DNA from: Hanstruepera neustonica
Lineage (GTDB): Bacteria; Bacteroidota; Bacteroidia; Flavobacteriales; Flavobacteriaceae
Direction of reading: 5' to 3'
DNA length: 64,000 nt
NCBI RefSeq assembly: GCF_002895005.1
Contig: NZ_POWF01000001.1
Span: 410,344-474,343, forward strand
Shown: in pieces, positions 1 to 9,112 of the stretch
How positions within the stretch are numbered: the stretch's first letter is position 1
Layout of the letters: every line of letters begins with the position of its first letter
Notes under the pieces: generated by a model
What the model was told of the DNA's origin: nothing
What the model saw: only the letters and a program-made list of their open reading frames with translations
The model's database searches: none
Translations under genes and position numbers: made by a program

Positions 1-1
1 T

Positions 2-481
2 CCATTCGCTACGATTTTGAGTTGTATTGACTCTAGAGTATCAGCAGAACTTGTTTTTGATCAAGGTTTGGGTGATATTTTCAGTGTTCGTATTGCCGGG
101 AATTTTGTTAATGAAGACATACTGGGAAGTATGGAGTTTGCCTGCAAATTGGCAGGTACCAAGTTAATAGTTGTATTAGGACATACCAGTTGCGGTGCAG
201 TCAAAGGTGCTTGCGACGATGCCAAATTAGGAAACTTAACAACAATGTTGAGTAAAATTAAACCAGCAGTAAACGCCGTTACAGAACCACAGGATGCTAC
301 TTTAAGAAACTCTAAAAACTTGGAATTTGTTGATAACGTTTCAGCTAAAAATGTTCAATTAACCATCGATAGAATTTTAAAAGAGAGTGATGTTTTAGCC
401 GAAATGCAAAATAATGGAGAGATCATGATTATTGGTGCTATGTATGATATTAATACAGGTGAAGTAACCTTTTACGAATAG
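2..481 (+). CDS. beta-class carbonic anhydrase, 5'-partial (ORF continues upstream of the window start)
   Basis: The frame stays open back to nt 2 and reads ...PFATILSCIDSRV, the CxDSR zinc-ligand motif. The HTSCGAVKGA motif (His/Cys ligands) is also present. 154 aa lie inside the window. Confidence 0.8.
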   Translation, partial: PFATILSCIDSRVSAELVFDQGLGDIFSVRIAGNFVNEDILGSMEFACKLAGTKLIVVLGHTSCGAVKGACDDAKLGNLTTMLSKIKPAVNAVTEPQDATLRNSKNLEFVDNVSAKNVQLTIDRILKESDVLAEMQNNGEIMIIGAMYDINTGEVTFYE

Positions 482-513
482 TAATAAATTAGTTATTGAA
501 AAGAAAAGTTTTA

Positions 514-549
514 AGCAGTGTTAGCCTTGTTGGTAACACTGCTTTTTTT
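514..549 (+). terminator. rho-independent terminator after the first carbonic anhydrase gene
   Basis: Perfect 10-bp stem AGCAGTGTTA / TAACACTGCT with a 10-nt loop, followed by TTTTTTT (543-549). Confidence 0.55.
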
Positions 550-660
550 ATGTTAAATTGAGAATGAACAACATTAAGTTTCTTTTTGTAGATTTACTGA
601 AGTAGCTCAAAATCTAATAGAATAGGTGAAAACAAAAAATGAACTCTAATAATATCTCAA

Positions 661-1287
661 GTGGATTTAAACAAGGTTTTTGATAACAACAAAAAATGGA
701 TCCAGGAAAAACTGGATGTCAATAGTACTTATTTTGATGATTTGGGTAAAGGGCAGAGCCCAGACTTGTTATACATTGGTTGTTCAGATAGTCGGGTTAC
801 GGCTGAAGAACTTATGGGTGCAGAGCCTGGAGAAGTATTTGTACACCGTAATATCGCCAATATGGTTATTAGCATTGACTTGAATGTGATGTCTGTAGTC
901 AATTATGCTGTTGACCATTTAAAGGTAAATCATGTGGTTGTCTGTGGTCACTATGCCTGTGGAGGCGTCAAAGCAGCCATGCAATCGGCCGATTTGGGAA
1001 TTCTTAATCCTTGGTTGCGTAACATTCGCGATGTTTACAGAATCCATAGGAAAGAGCTAAATGCCATTGAGGATGAGGACAAGCGCTATGATAGATTGGT
1101 AGAACTCAACGTTAAAGAACAATGTGTCAATCTAATAAAAACAGCTGCCGTTCAAAAAGCCTATAGAGATAGAGGTTTAAAAGTACATGGCTGGGTGTTT
1201 GATGTACACACAGGAAAATTGATAGACCTAAAAATAGATTTTGAAGGCTATCTTAAAGATATCATGGAAATCTATCATCTAGATTAA
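661..1287 (+). CDS. beta-class carbonic anhydrase (second, tandem copy; GTG start as given by the ORF track)
   Basis: CSDSRV and VVCGHYACGGVKAA motifs typical of beta-CA (CynT/Can-like). 208 aa. Confidence 0.85.
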   Translation: MDLNKVFDNNKKWIQEKLDVNSTYFDDLGKGQSPDLLYIGCSDSRVTAEELMGAEPGEVFVHRNIANMVISIDLNVMSVVNYAVDHLKVNHVVVCGHYACGGVKAAMQSADLGILNPWLRNIRDVYRIHRKELNAIEDEDKRYDRLVELNVKEQCVNLIKTAAVQKAYRDRGLKVHGWVFDVHTGKLIDLKIDFEGYLKDIMEIYHLD

Positions 1288-1307
1288 AAATCAGCAGTAA
1301 AAATATA

Positions 1308-1835
1308 CTAATGACTTACTTCTGAAGAATTTTCTGTGTTTTCTTCAGTCAATTCAGCCTTAATCAATGTTGGAAATAATAAAGGCGCTAATGACTTTAC
1401 AGGCTCATAGAGTACGGAATCTTTGGTGTGTTCTTCATCAACAAATGTGATCGTACTGTTCATTTTTTCAAAAATAATAAGCAAAACACTCAAGATCAGT
1501 CCAATTTTAAGTAAACCAAAAACACCTCCTAATAATTTGTTCAAAAAGCCTAAAGCTGCGAAATCAGCCAATTTAGTCAAGGCTTTGCCTGCTAAAGCCA
1601 CAACCAAAACAATGACAATAAATGTTATGGCAAATGCCGTGATGTTGATGGTTTTTTCATCCCATGCTACATGGTCCATTAAAATATTGGCTAGGTAATA
1701 ACTAAAGTGAATGGCTCCATAAACACCAGCAATTAAGGCAGCCAAAGATGCAATTTCAACAAAAAGACCCCTTAAAAGCCCTCTTACCAGTCCAAAACCG
1801 AGTAAAACAATTAAAACAATATCTACAATAGCCAT
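1308..1835 (-). CDS. CvpA family membrane protein (colicin V production protein-like)
   Basis: Four-TM hydrophobic profile and the N-terminus MAIVDIVLIVLLGFGLVRGLLRG, characteristic of CvpA. Confidence 0.7.
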   Translation of the reverse strand: MAIVDIVLIVLLGFGLVRGLLRGLFVEIASLAALIAGVYGAIHFSYYLANILMDHVAWDEKTINITAFAITFIVIVLVVALAGKALTKLADFAALGFLNKLLGGVFGLLKIGLILSVLLIIFEKMNSTITFVDEEHTKDSVLYEPVKSLAPLLFPTLIKAELTEENTENSSEVSH

Positions 1836-1909
1836 AACTTATAGAATTTCAACAAATATAAAGTAATGCTATATTACTTCTTTTGTAACTTTGTTTTTTT
1901 AAAATTATT

Positions 1910-2266
1910 ATGTCAAGAGACCTCGAATTAAAACAACGATGGGAATTGGTAGTGGAAAAACTGTCCAATCAATTTGCTGATGGAGAGACTTTGGATTTGG
2001 ATGCTATCATCTATCTTATTGGTGTGCAGGAATTAGGTCAGTTCAATAGAAAATTCAAGAAAGATCATAAACTGGATTTGATGCACATAGCCATTTGTCG
2101 CCTTTTAGAGCCTTATGGGTACTATGAATTTGATTATTATGACGATGATAAATGGCCTCATTACAAAGTAAAAGCGCAGTTGCCCAATCTAAAGGCGGGC
2201 GAACAAAGCATCTTGATGAAAGAAGCTATTGTAAACTATTTCTTGACATCAGAGTATATAGAATAA
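1910..2266 (+). CDS. hypothetical protein (small, acidic C-terminus; possibly a DUF family conserved in Bacteroidota)
   Basis: Clean 118-aa ORF immediately upstream of pheS. I recognise no motif. Confidence 0.4.
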   Translation: MSRDLELKQRWELVVEKLSNQFADGETLDLDAIIYLIGVQELGQFNRKFKKDHKLDLMHIAICRLLEPYGYYEFDYYDDDKWPHYKVKAQLPNLKAGEQSILMKEAIVNYFLTSEYIE

Positions 2267-2273
2267 GATTTAC

Positions 2274-2281
2274 TAAATTTG
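2274..2281 (+). promoter_or_regulatory. candidate Bacteroidota sigma-A -7 element (TAnnTTTG) upstream of pheS
   Basis: TAAATTTG matches the TAnnTTTG consensus exactly, 20 nt upstream of the pheS ATG. No well-spaced -33 TTG is evident; the TTGACA at 2243 lies too far upstream. Confidence 0.25.
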
Positions 2282-2300
2282 CAGGCGTTATTAGGATATC

Positions 2301-3320
2301 ATGATAGATAAGTTAAAAGAATTAATTGCTGAAGCCGAAGCGTTTAGTGCGCAGACAAAAGAAGAAGTTGAAGCTTTCCGAATCAAGTATTTAGGAAAAA
2401 AGGGGCTATTAAACGACTATTTTAAAGAATTTAAAAACGTTGCTAACGACCAGAAGAAAGAATTTGGTCAAGTGATTAATACTCTAAAGAAAACAGCTGA
2501 AGACAAGGTAAATACCTTAAAGGAAGAACTAGAGAGCATGGAAGAAGTTAAAGGTATTTATGGTGACTTATCACGTCCTGGAGAGCCAATTGAGATTGGC
2601 GCCAGACACCCTATTTCAATTGTTAAAAATCAAATTATTGATATCTTTTCGCGAATAGGATTTAATGTGAGTGAAGGTCCAGAAATTGAAGACGACTGGC
2701 ACAATTTTACAGCGTTGAATTTGCCCGAATACCATCCAGCGCGTGATATGCAGGACACGTTTTTTATTCAAACCAACCCAGATATATTATTGCGTACGCA
2801 CACGAGTTCAGTTCAGGTACGTTATATGGAAAACAACAAACCACCTATTCGTACCATTTCCCCTGGTCGCGTATACAGAAATGAAGCTATTTCAGCACGT
2901 TCCCATTGCTTTTTCCACCAAGTAGAAGGATTATATATTGATAAAGATGTGAGCTTTGCCGATTTAAAGCAAACGCTGCAATACTTCACCACTGAAATGT
3001 TTGGGAAGAGCAAAATACGTTTACGTCCGTCGTATTTTCCATTTACAGAACCTAGTGCAGAAGTAGATGTGTATTGGGGATTGGAAACAGAAACCGATTA
3101 TCGTATTACAAAAGGAACAGGTTGGTTAGAAATTATGGGTTGTGGTATGGTTGATCCCAATGTTTTGGAAAACTGCGGTATTGATTCTAAAACCTATTCT
3201 GGTTTTGCCTTTGGTATGGGTATTGATCGTATTGCCATGTTATTGCATCAAATAGGTGATATTCGTTTGTTGAGTGAGAATGATGTGCGTTTTTTAGAGC
3301 AATTTAAGTCGGCACTATAA
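2301..3320 (+). CDS. pheS: phenylalanine--tRNA ligase alpha subunit
   Basis: Class II aaRS motifs: FRNEAISARSHCFFHQVEG, FPFTEPSAEVDV, GCGMVDPNVLENCGID, AFGMGIDRIAM. Confidence 0.95.
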   Translation: MIDKLKELIAEAEAFSAQTKEEVEAFRIKYLGKKGLLNDYFKEFKNVANDQKKEFGQVINTLKKTAEDKVNTLKEELESMEEVKGIYGDLSRPGEPIEIGARHPISIVKNQIIDIFSRIGFNVSEGPEIEDDWHNFTALNLPEYHPARDMQDTFFIQTNPDILLRTHTSSVQVRYMENNKPPIRTISPGRVYRNEAISARSHCFFHQVEGLYIDKDVSFADLKQTLQYFTTEMFGKSKIRLRPSYFPFTEPSAEVDVYWGLETETDYRITKGTGWLEIMGCGMVDPNVLENCGIDSKTYSGFAFGMGIDRIAMLLHQIGDIRLLSENDVRFLEQFKSAL

Positions 3321-3325
3321 ACCGC

Positions 3326-3721
3326 ATGAAAAAAGACATCCAAATTCCAAAAGTTACCGACGTTTATGTAGCTGTAGTTAACGAGTTCAACAAAGAACAC
3401 CAGACGCAGGATTGGAATGCCTATATCATCAACAACAAGGATGTAGATTTAGATACCGTTTTAATTGCCACCAAAGGTTATAGTGAAGATAAAATAACGC
3501 CTGTTATACGTCATACCATCAAAATGCTGCCGGCCAGAAGCTATGCCAAAATAGAATACTTACAAGAAGCGGTTTTAAAACTCAACAACGAGTTTAAAGT
3601 CACTTTTTTTGAAGGCAATACCATGTATGATAAAACCTACTTGTTTAGAAAAAATACCATTAACAAAAATGCCCTGCAAACCATACCATTAATGCAGGAA
3701 AAAGGGGTGTTGGTGAAGTAA
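3326..3721 (+). CDS. hypothetical protein co-transcribed with pheS (5-nt gap)
   Basis: 131-aa ORF with no recognisable motif. Tight spacing suggests an operon with pheS. Confidence 0.4.
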   Translation: MKKDIQIPKVTDVYVAVVNEFNKEHQTQDWNAYIINNKDVDLDTVLIATKGYSEDKITPVIRHTIKMLPARSYAKIEYLQEAVLKLNNEFKVTFFEGNTMYDKTYLFRKNTINKNALQTIPLMQEKGVLVK

Positions 3722-3805
3722 TTACTGATTTTTGAACTAAAAATCAAAGGCAACTTGATTTATGAGACAAATTGCCTTTTGTAAAACCAATAGAGTTTTA
3801 AAAAA

Positions 3806-4291
3806 TTATTCCACTGGTTTTAATGGTGAGTGATGTTCATGAACCATTTTCCACCCATCCTTGGTTTTAACAAACAATAAGGTGATTTGATCATTTACAA
3901 TCACTAAATCTTCACCAAATTTTAAATGAAAATCTGAATGAAAAGTTAGGTTTGCTACATCACCATATACAGCTATTTTTAAATCTTTGGCATCAAATTT
4001 TATAACTTCAGAGACTGAACCAAACACACTTCTTTCATGAGCTTCGTTTGCAATATCTCCATTACGTGGCTCTCCATTTTTAAATTCAGTGAACTTTGGG
4101 CCATATGCATGAAATGAAATGAGTTTATCTAAATCTTTATCCTTTATGCTCTGTGCAATAGCACCAAAAGTTTCCATAACTTCTTGTTTAGCTGCTGGAA
4201 ATTCATCATTTATTAAGTCCACTTGTGCATGGCAGTTAGCAATGAATAATCCTAATGTTATAAATAGCGAGAACGTTAAATTTGCTTTCAT
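3806..4291 (-). CDS. secreted NTF2-like/SnoaL-like (DUF4440-like) domain protein
   Basis: Signal peptide MKANLTFSLFITLGLFIANCHAQ. About 140-aa mature domain with an alpha+beta cone-like pattern ending in a His-rich tail. Confidence 0.4.
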   Translation of the reverse strand: MKANLTFSLFITLGLFIANCHAQVDLINDEFPAAKQEVMETFGAIAQSIKDKDLDKLISFHAYGPKFTEFKNGEPRNGDIANEAHERSVFGSVSEVIKFDAKDLKIAVYGDVANLTFHSDFHLKFGEDLVIVNDQITLLFVKTKDGWKMVHEHHSPLKPVE

Positions 4292-4396
4292 AATGTACTG
4301 TTTTGATTAAATTAGTTTAGTAAAATTCATCAAAATCAAATACAAAGGACTTTCAGAAAAGTTCAAAAAATATTCTAAAACGTCCAAATAATTTAA

Positions 4397-5608
4397 TCAA
4401 ATATTAGGAACAGAATGAGTCGTTCGAAATTGGTGGGGAGAAATATCGTAATGTTTTTTAAAGGACTGAATATAATGTGATGAATTTACAAAACCGCATT
4501 CATAGCATACTTGATTAATATTTAAATCACTTTCAACAAGAAGTCGCTTGGAATATTCAAGACGCTTTATTTTAATCCATTTTGAAGGTGTAGTATTGAA
4601 TTTGTTTTTAAAATCTCTCTTAAAGGCTGAAAGACTTCTACCACATAATTTTGCAAACTCTTCGACCTTTAGATTATACAAGAAATTTTTTGACATGATT
4701 TCTTCAATATCAATTTTTGTTCTATAAGTTTTTAAATTGGAGTTTTGAAACTCTTGTTGGTCTGGGCGAATACCTGTTATAAACTCTTCTATTTCTGCTA
4801 AAATGGGAAATGTATCGCCTGTCCAGAACAAGTGATCTTGACCTTCAAACTCAACCAATTTAGAATTTGTAATACGTTCAGCTATATATCTACCTTCTTC
4901 TACTCGGATTTCAATATCACCTTTTCTAAACAGCAAAAGAGTGGGGACTTTTATTGAGGTCAATTCATCTGTTACATCAATAAATGTACATTGTTTATGT
5001 AGAATCAAAGCCGCTTTTGGACTTCCCCCTGAACGCAGATAACTAGCAAGCCAATCCATGAACTTTGTGTCATGTGCAAGGGATGGTACAAGTGTTCGAA
5101 GTTCATCTAGATTACCATGAGCCCAATTTTCCTCGATTAATTTATTTGAAATTTCTCGCTCTGCATCTGTTGGTGCCCAAGGATAGTCTTCGGAATATCT
5201 TCTTTTGGCAAATATTCCAAATCCAATGACCCCTAAAGTCTTTTCTGGATAGTATAATGAGAATAATAAACTAACTGAACCACCTTCTGAATGACTGAAT
5301 AGAAATGCTTTTTCACAATTCGTTGCTTTCATGACTGCGTTTATATCATCCATTCGTTCTTCCATCGTGGAATATTCGTCTGTGCGATCCGATAGTCCTG
5401 TACCCCTTTTATCAAACAATATTAACCTTGAAAACAAAGTGAGTCGGGTTAGAAAACCTGCAAGTCTTGGTTCAGACCACATCATATCAATATTGGAAAC
5501 CCACCCAGGTATATATATAATATCAACGGGACCATTTCCAACTACTTGATAAGCTATATTAAACTCACCGCTTTTTGTATAATTAGTTCTTGGCTTCATA
5601 ATAATCAA
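4397..5608 (-). CDS. alpha/beta-hydrolase fused to a C-terminal AraC-type HTH DNA-binding domain
   Basis: N-terminal half: abhydrolase fold (IIYIPGWVSN...DKRGTGLSDR, nucleophile elbow LFSHSEGGSV). C-terminal 100 aa: AraC signature LVESDLNINQVCYECGFVNSSHYIQSFKKHYDISPHQFR. Confidence 0.7.
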   Translation of the reverse strand: MIIMKPRTNYTKSGEFNIAYQVVGNGPVDIIYIPGWVSNIDMMWSEPRLAGFLTRLTLFSRLILFDKRGTGLSDRTDEYSTMEERMDDINAVMKATNCEKAFLFSHSEGGSVSLLFSLYYPEKTLGVIGFGIFAKRRYSEDYPWAPTDAEREISNKLIEENWAHGNLDELRTLVPSLAHDTKFMDWLASYLRSGGSPKAALILHKQCTFIDVTDELTSIKVPTLLLFRKGDIEIRVEEGRYIAERITNSKLVEFEGQDHLFWTGDTFPILAEIEEFITGIRPDQQEFQNSNLKTYRTKIDIEEIMSKNFLYNLKVEEFAKLCGRSLSAFKRDFKNKFNTTPSKWIKIKRLEYSKRLLVESDLNINQVCYECGFVNSSHYIQSFKKHYDISPHQFRTTHSVPNI

Positions 5609-5665
5609 CTTACTTATACCAGAGGAATAAGAAATCGGAACTAATTGATGACAATTTCAACTAAA

Positions 5666-6688
5666 TCAATCCAACTTCTCAGTTAGCTTTTTAAATACCT
5701 TTTTGGCATCCTTTCCATCATAAAGGATATCATAAACCGCATTAATAATAGGCAATCGGGTTTTCTTTTTGTTCTTTTCGTTGAGTAAATGGGCACTTTT
5801 GGTAGCATAATAGCCTTCGGCTACCATATTCATTTCCATCATGGCACTTTTTACGGTATAGCCTTTACCTATCATATTACCAAACATACGGTTTCTAGAA
5901 AACACCGAGTAACCCGTAACCAGTAAGTCACCCAAATAAGCCGAGTTGTTAATGTTACGTTTCATTTTGTGCATTTTCTTAATAAAACGCTTCATTTCGC
6001 GTATGGCGTTGCTCATCAAAACACTCTGAAAATTATCACCATATCCCAAGCCATGGGCAATTCCGGCAGCAATAGCATAAATATTTTTAAGCATCACGGC
6101 ATATTCAGTACCAATGATATCGTCGCTTATTTTGGTCTTTATATAGTCGCTGGATAGGTTTTTAGCAATAGCTTTAGCCTTGTTGGCATCTGCACATGAA
6201 ATAGTGAGGTATGATAAACGCTCCAAGGCGACTTCCTCGGCATGGCAAGGACCTGCAATAACAGCGATGTTTTCAAAAGGAATGTTATAAATGTCATGGA
6301 AGTGTTCACCAACCAATAAGCCCGATTCTGGAATAATACCCTTTACGGCTGAAACGACAATCTTACCTGTAATGTCAACGGTTAGTTTTTCTAGTTCACT
6401 GTGCATAAAAGCCGAGGGAATCACAAATATTAACACATCGGCATAGGTTGCCATTTCGTTTATATCATTGCTCAACTTAAGTTGATCCACTTTAAACTCT
6501 ACCGAACTCAAATAACTTGGGTTGTGGTACTCTTTTAAAATGTGTTCTTTAGTATAAACACTACGCATGTACCAACCAACTTCCTCTAAATTTTCCGATA
6601 ACATTTTGACGATTGCTGTTGCCCAGCTTCCTGCTCCAAATACCGCGTACTTTAAAGGTTTATCCATGAATTTTAAATTAATATTCAA
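5666..6688 (-). CDS. gpsA: NAD(P)H-dependent glycerol-3-phosphate dehydrogenase
   Basis: Rossmann N-terminus KYAVFGAGSWATAIVKML and the central GLGYGDNF motif conserved in GpsA. Confidence 0.9.
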   Translation of the reverse strand: MNINLKFMDKPLKYAVFGAGSWATAIVKMLSENLEEVGWYMRSVYTKEHILKEYHNPSYLSSVEFKVDQLKLSNDINEMATYADVLIFVIPSAFMHSELEKLTVDITGKIVVSAVKGIIPESGLLVGEHFHDIYNIPFENIAVIAGPCHAEEVALERLSYLTISCADANKAKAIAKNLSSDYIKTKISDDIIGTEYAVMLKNIYAIAAGIAHGLGYGDNFQSVLMSNAIREMKRFIKKMHKMKRNINNSAYLGDLLVTGYSVFSRNRMFGNMIGKGYTVKSAMMEMNMVAEGYYATKSAHLLNEKNKKKTRLPIINAVYDILYDGKDAKKVFKKLTEKLD

Positions 6689-6798
6689 GTCAAAAATACA
6701 TAAAAAAAGCCGCTTTAGAAACTATCCTACAGAAGAAGCATTTTGATTTTGGCACGTGTTTTGAATTCTGTAAATCAATAACGTTAAAATGAAAGCTT

Positions 6799-7740
6799 AT
6801 GAAGACTTTAAAACTACTTTTGGTATTTGCAGTATCGGCAACACTATTTACGTCTTGCTATACAGAAGAGATAATAGTTGATGGATATAATCCGCAACCA
6901 ACGTCTTCAATTTCTTTGAATCAGTTATTAAATTCTTATGAGTTGTGGTACGTTGATATTAATGAAACTCTAGGATATGGTGAAACACCATTTTTACAAA
7001 TGGCCTTTACAGTATCGTTTAGAAATGGAAACGTGTTCGCTAACAATAATTTGGTGGGTATTGGTAGTCAAGGTAACGGCTACGGTATTCAAATTGGCAC
7101 TTATGATGCCTACAACATGATTTTGGATGTGTACCATATTATTGATGGATATCAAACATTTGATGTATATCAAATTAATAACAATACTATTGAACTCTAT
7201 AACCCAAACAATGATACCTCATACTTTTTGGTCGGGTATCAGCGTGCGACTTTTGATTATGATTTTGTGTTTTATGATAACATTCACTATTTCTTGCAGG
7301 AGTACCGTGCATGGGAAAAAACCTATACCAGTGCTACTGGAACCGTAAATGATTTTGATTACGAAAACTATTTACAGTTTTTGGCTGGAGGTAATGATTC
7401 GGAGTTTAGAAGCTCGCAGGATGTGAATGTTGGTAACATAAACAACATTTATTGGGATTATACAGGTGTTTATGGTGTGAACAATATTCCTGGTAATATG
7501 TATATGAAGACGTTGACGCTGGACTATGATTATTTTGGAAATGAACATTTTGAATTAACAGTTCTGAACGATGCCAAAATAGAACTTTACCATATTTCTT
7601 CGCAGACTACATATGAGTTTACAGGACGTGGTTACATACAATTTATGCGTGATGCAGCAGGAAAGGAAACCAAGAAGCCTAAAATGCGGAAGTTTAAAGC
7701 CGAACGTCAAGATAACCCAAGAGAAAATAATAGGGTTTAA
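6799..7740 (+). CDS. Tyr-rich lipoprotein of unknown function with an internal duplication and a basic C-terminal tail
   Basis: Lipoprotein signal MKTLKLLLVFAVSATLFTSC. Two related halves (..IELYNPNNDTSYFLVGYQ.. / ..IELYHISSQTTYEFTGRGY..). C-terminus KKPKMRKFKAERQDNPRENNRV. Confidence 0.45.
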   Translation: MKTLKLLLVFAVSATLFTSCYTEEIIVDGYNPQPTSSISLNQLLNSYELWYVDINETLGYGETPFLQMAFTVSFRNGNVFANNNLVGIGSQGNGYGIQIGTYDAYNMILDVYHIIDGYQTFDVYQINNNTIELYNPNNDTSYFLVGYQRATFDYDFVFYDNIHYFLQEYRAWEKTYTSATGTVNDFDYENYLQFLAGGNDSEFRSSQDVNVGNINNIYWDYTGVYGVNNIPGNMYMKTLTLDYDYFGNEHFELTVLNDAKIELYHISSQTTYEFTGRGYIQFMRDAAGKETKKPKMRKFKAERQDNPRENNRV

Positions 7741-7860
7741 AAAAAATTTAAAATAATATGTGACCTTTGGTTAAGAGTTGTGTCAAAATATGTAGAATGA
7801 AGAATTGACGATGAATTCATTTTAAAAATTCTAGTTTAGAATAACGATTTTTGGTTGGTT

Positions 7861-7895
7861 GAAACTGTCTGCGAAACCTAGTAACAGGCAGTTTC
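7861..7895 (+). terminator. hairpin (11-bp stem, 13-nt loop) in the lipoprotein/kbp intergenic region; possible terminator or 5'-UTR element
   Basis: GAAACTGTCTG ... CAGGCAGTTTC with one G:U-compatible mismatch, followed by TCATTTT. Confidence 0.3.
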
Positions 7896-7983
7896 TCATT
7901 TTAAAAGGCTATTAATCAATAGGAATTCCAAAAGAATTTTTTGAACTTTACAATAATTAATAACAAAACAAACAAAGAGAATT

Positions 7984-8481
7984 ATGGGATTATTTTCATT
8001 TATTAAAGATGCAGGAGCCAAAATTTTTGGAATAGGTAAAACTACTGCTGAAGAAGCTGCCGAAGCAGCAGCAGATGCGGCAGCGGCAAAACTACGTAGA
8101 GAAGAGGCTGCAGCCAGCCGGTTAGAAGAAACCGTTAGTGATTTACAACTACAGGTTGAGAATTTAGACATCAAAATTGTTGATGATATGGCTACAGTTA
8201 CTGGAATGGCATATGATCAAGCCACAAAAGAAAAAGTAGTTTTAGTTGTAGGGAACTCTAATGGTATTGCTACAGTTGATGATCAAATGACGGTAGAGCA
8301 TACAGAACCTGAAGCACAGTTTCATACAGTTGTGAGTGGTGATACGTTAGGGAAAATAGCCAAAACCTATTATGGTAACGCTATGAAGTATCCTGTGATT
8401 TTTGAAGCTAATAAACCTATGTTGAAAGATCCAGATTTAATTTATCCTGGTCAAGTGTTACGTATTCCTGCGTTAGACTAA
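7984..8481 (+). CDS. kbp: BON + LysM domain protein, Kbp/YgaU-like (potassium-binding protein family)
   Basis: N-terminus MGLFSFIKDAGAKIFG resembles E. coli Kbp (YgaU) MGLFNFVKDAGEKLW. Central BON-like segment, then the C-terminal LysM motif HTVVSGDTLGKIAKTYYGN...YPGQVLRIP. Confidence 0.65.
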   Translation: MGLFSFIKDAGAKIFGIGKTTAEEAAEAAADAAAAKLRREEAAASRLEETVSDLQLQVENLDIKIVDDMATVTGMAYDQATKEKVVLVVGNSNGIATVDDQMTVEHTEPEAQFHTVVSGDTLGKIAKTYYGNAMKYPVIFEANKPMLKDPDLIYPGQVLRIPALD

Positions 8482-8502
8482 TAAATACTTATTATAAAAA
8501 TG

Positions 8503-8530
8503 AAGCCAGCTGAAAAGTTGGCTTTTTTTA
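8503..8530. terminator. bidirectional intrinsic terminator between convergent kbp and nadD
   Basis: AAGCCA / TGGCTT stem with a 10-nt loop and a T-tract (8523-8529). A T-run is also present on the opposite strand. Confidence 0.45.
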
Positions 8531-9106
8531 TTTATAAAAATTCATTTCATCCACATATTCCCATACATGTTCAGGGAGCATAGGCCTAATAATTTGGCCC
8601 GCTTTAATAGCTTTTCGAACGAACGTAGACGATAACTGAATAATAGGTGCATCAATATGGTGAATGCGATTGTGATTATCAAATTGAGTCTCTACAGCTC
8701 CATCAGATATTCTGGGATACACGTAAATATCATGGTGTTCTAATATGAGTTCATAGTTTTTCCATTTATGAAAACTCTTCAAATTATCTTCTCCCATGAT
8801 GAGAGAAAACTCATAGTCAGGATGTTTTTCCTGCAAATATGTTAAGGTATTGATGGTATAATTTGGTTGAGGTAAGTTGAATTCAATATCGCTGGGTTTT
8901 AAACGCACATAATCTTTTGTGGCTCTATAGACCATTTCCAGCCTTTGATAATTATCCAGCAAAGATTGTTTTTTCTTAAACGGACTTTGAGGTGTAACGA
9001 CCAACCAAATCTGATCTAAATCGCTATTTTCAGCCAAATGGTTGGCAATAATTAAATGACCAACATGAATGGGATTAAAGGTTCCAAAGTAAAGGCCAAT
9101 TTTCAT
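8528..9106 (-). CDS. nadD: nicotinate-nucleotide adenylyltransferase
   Basis: MKIGLYFGTFNPIHVGHL (HxGH nucleotidyltransferase motif). 192 aa. Confidence 0.85.
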   Translation of the reverse strand: MKIGLYFGTFNPIHVGHLIIANHLAENSDLDQIWLVVTPQSPFKKKQSLLDNYQRLEMVYRATKDYVRLKPSDIEFNLPQPNYTINTLTYLQEKHPDYEFSLIMGEDNLKSFHKWKNYELILEHHDIYVYPRISDGAVETQFDNHNRIHHIDAPIIQLSSTFVRKAIKAGQIIRPMLPEHVWEYVDEMNFYK

Positions 9107-9112
9107 AGTACT

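Noticed and set aside
680-883. 67-aa ORF in an alternative frame inside the second carbonic anhydrase gene
   Set aside because: Overlaps a well-supported CDS in another frame. No motif.
1423-1698. 91-aa ORF antisense to cvpA
   Set aside because: Embedded antisense within a membrane-protein gene. Lys/Pro-rich artefactual translation.
7896-8174. 92-aa Ala/Ser-rich ORF on the minus strand
   Set aside because: Antisense to the Ala-rich N-terminal segment of the Kbp-like gene (GCN codons read as AGC/GCT on the other strand). No independent start context.
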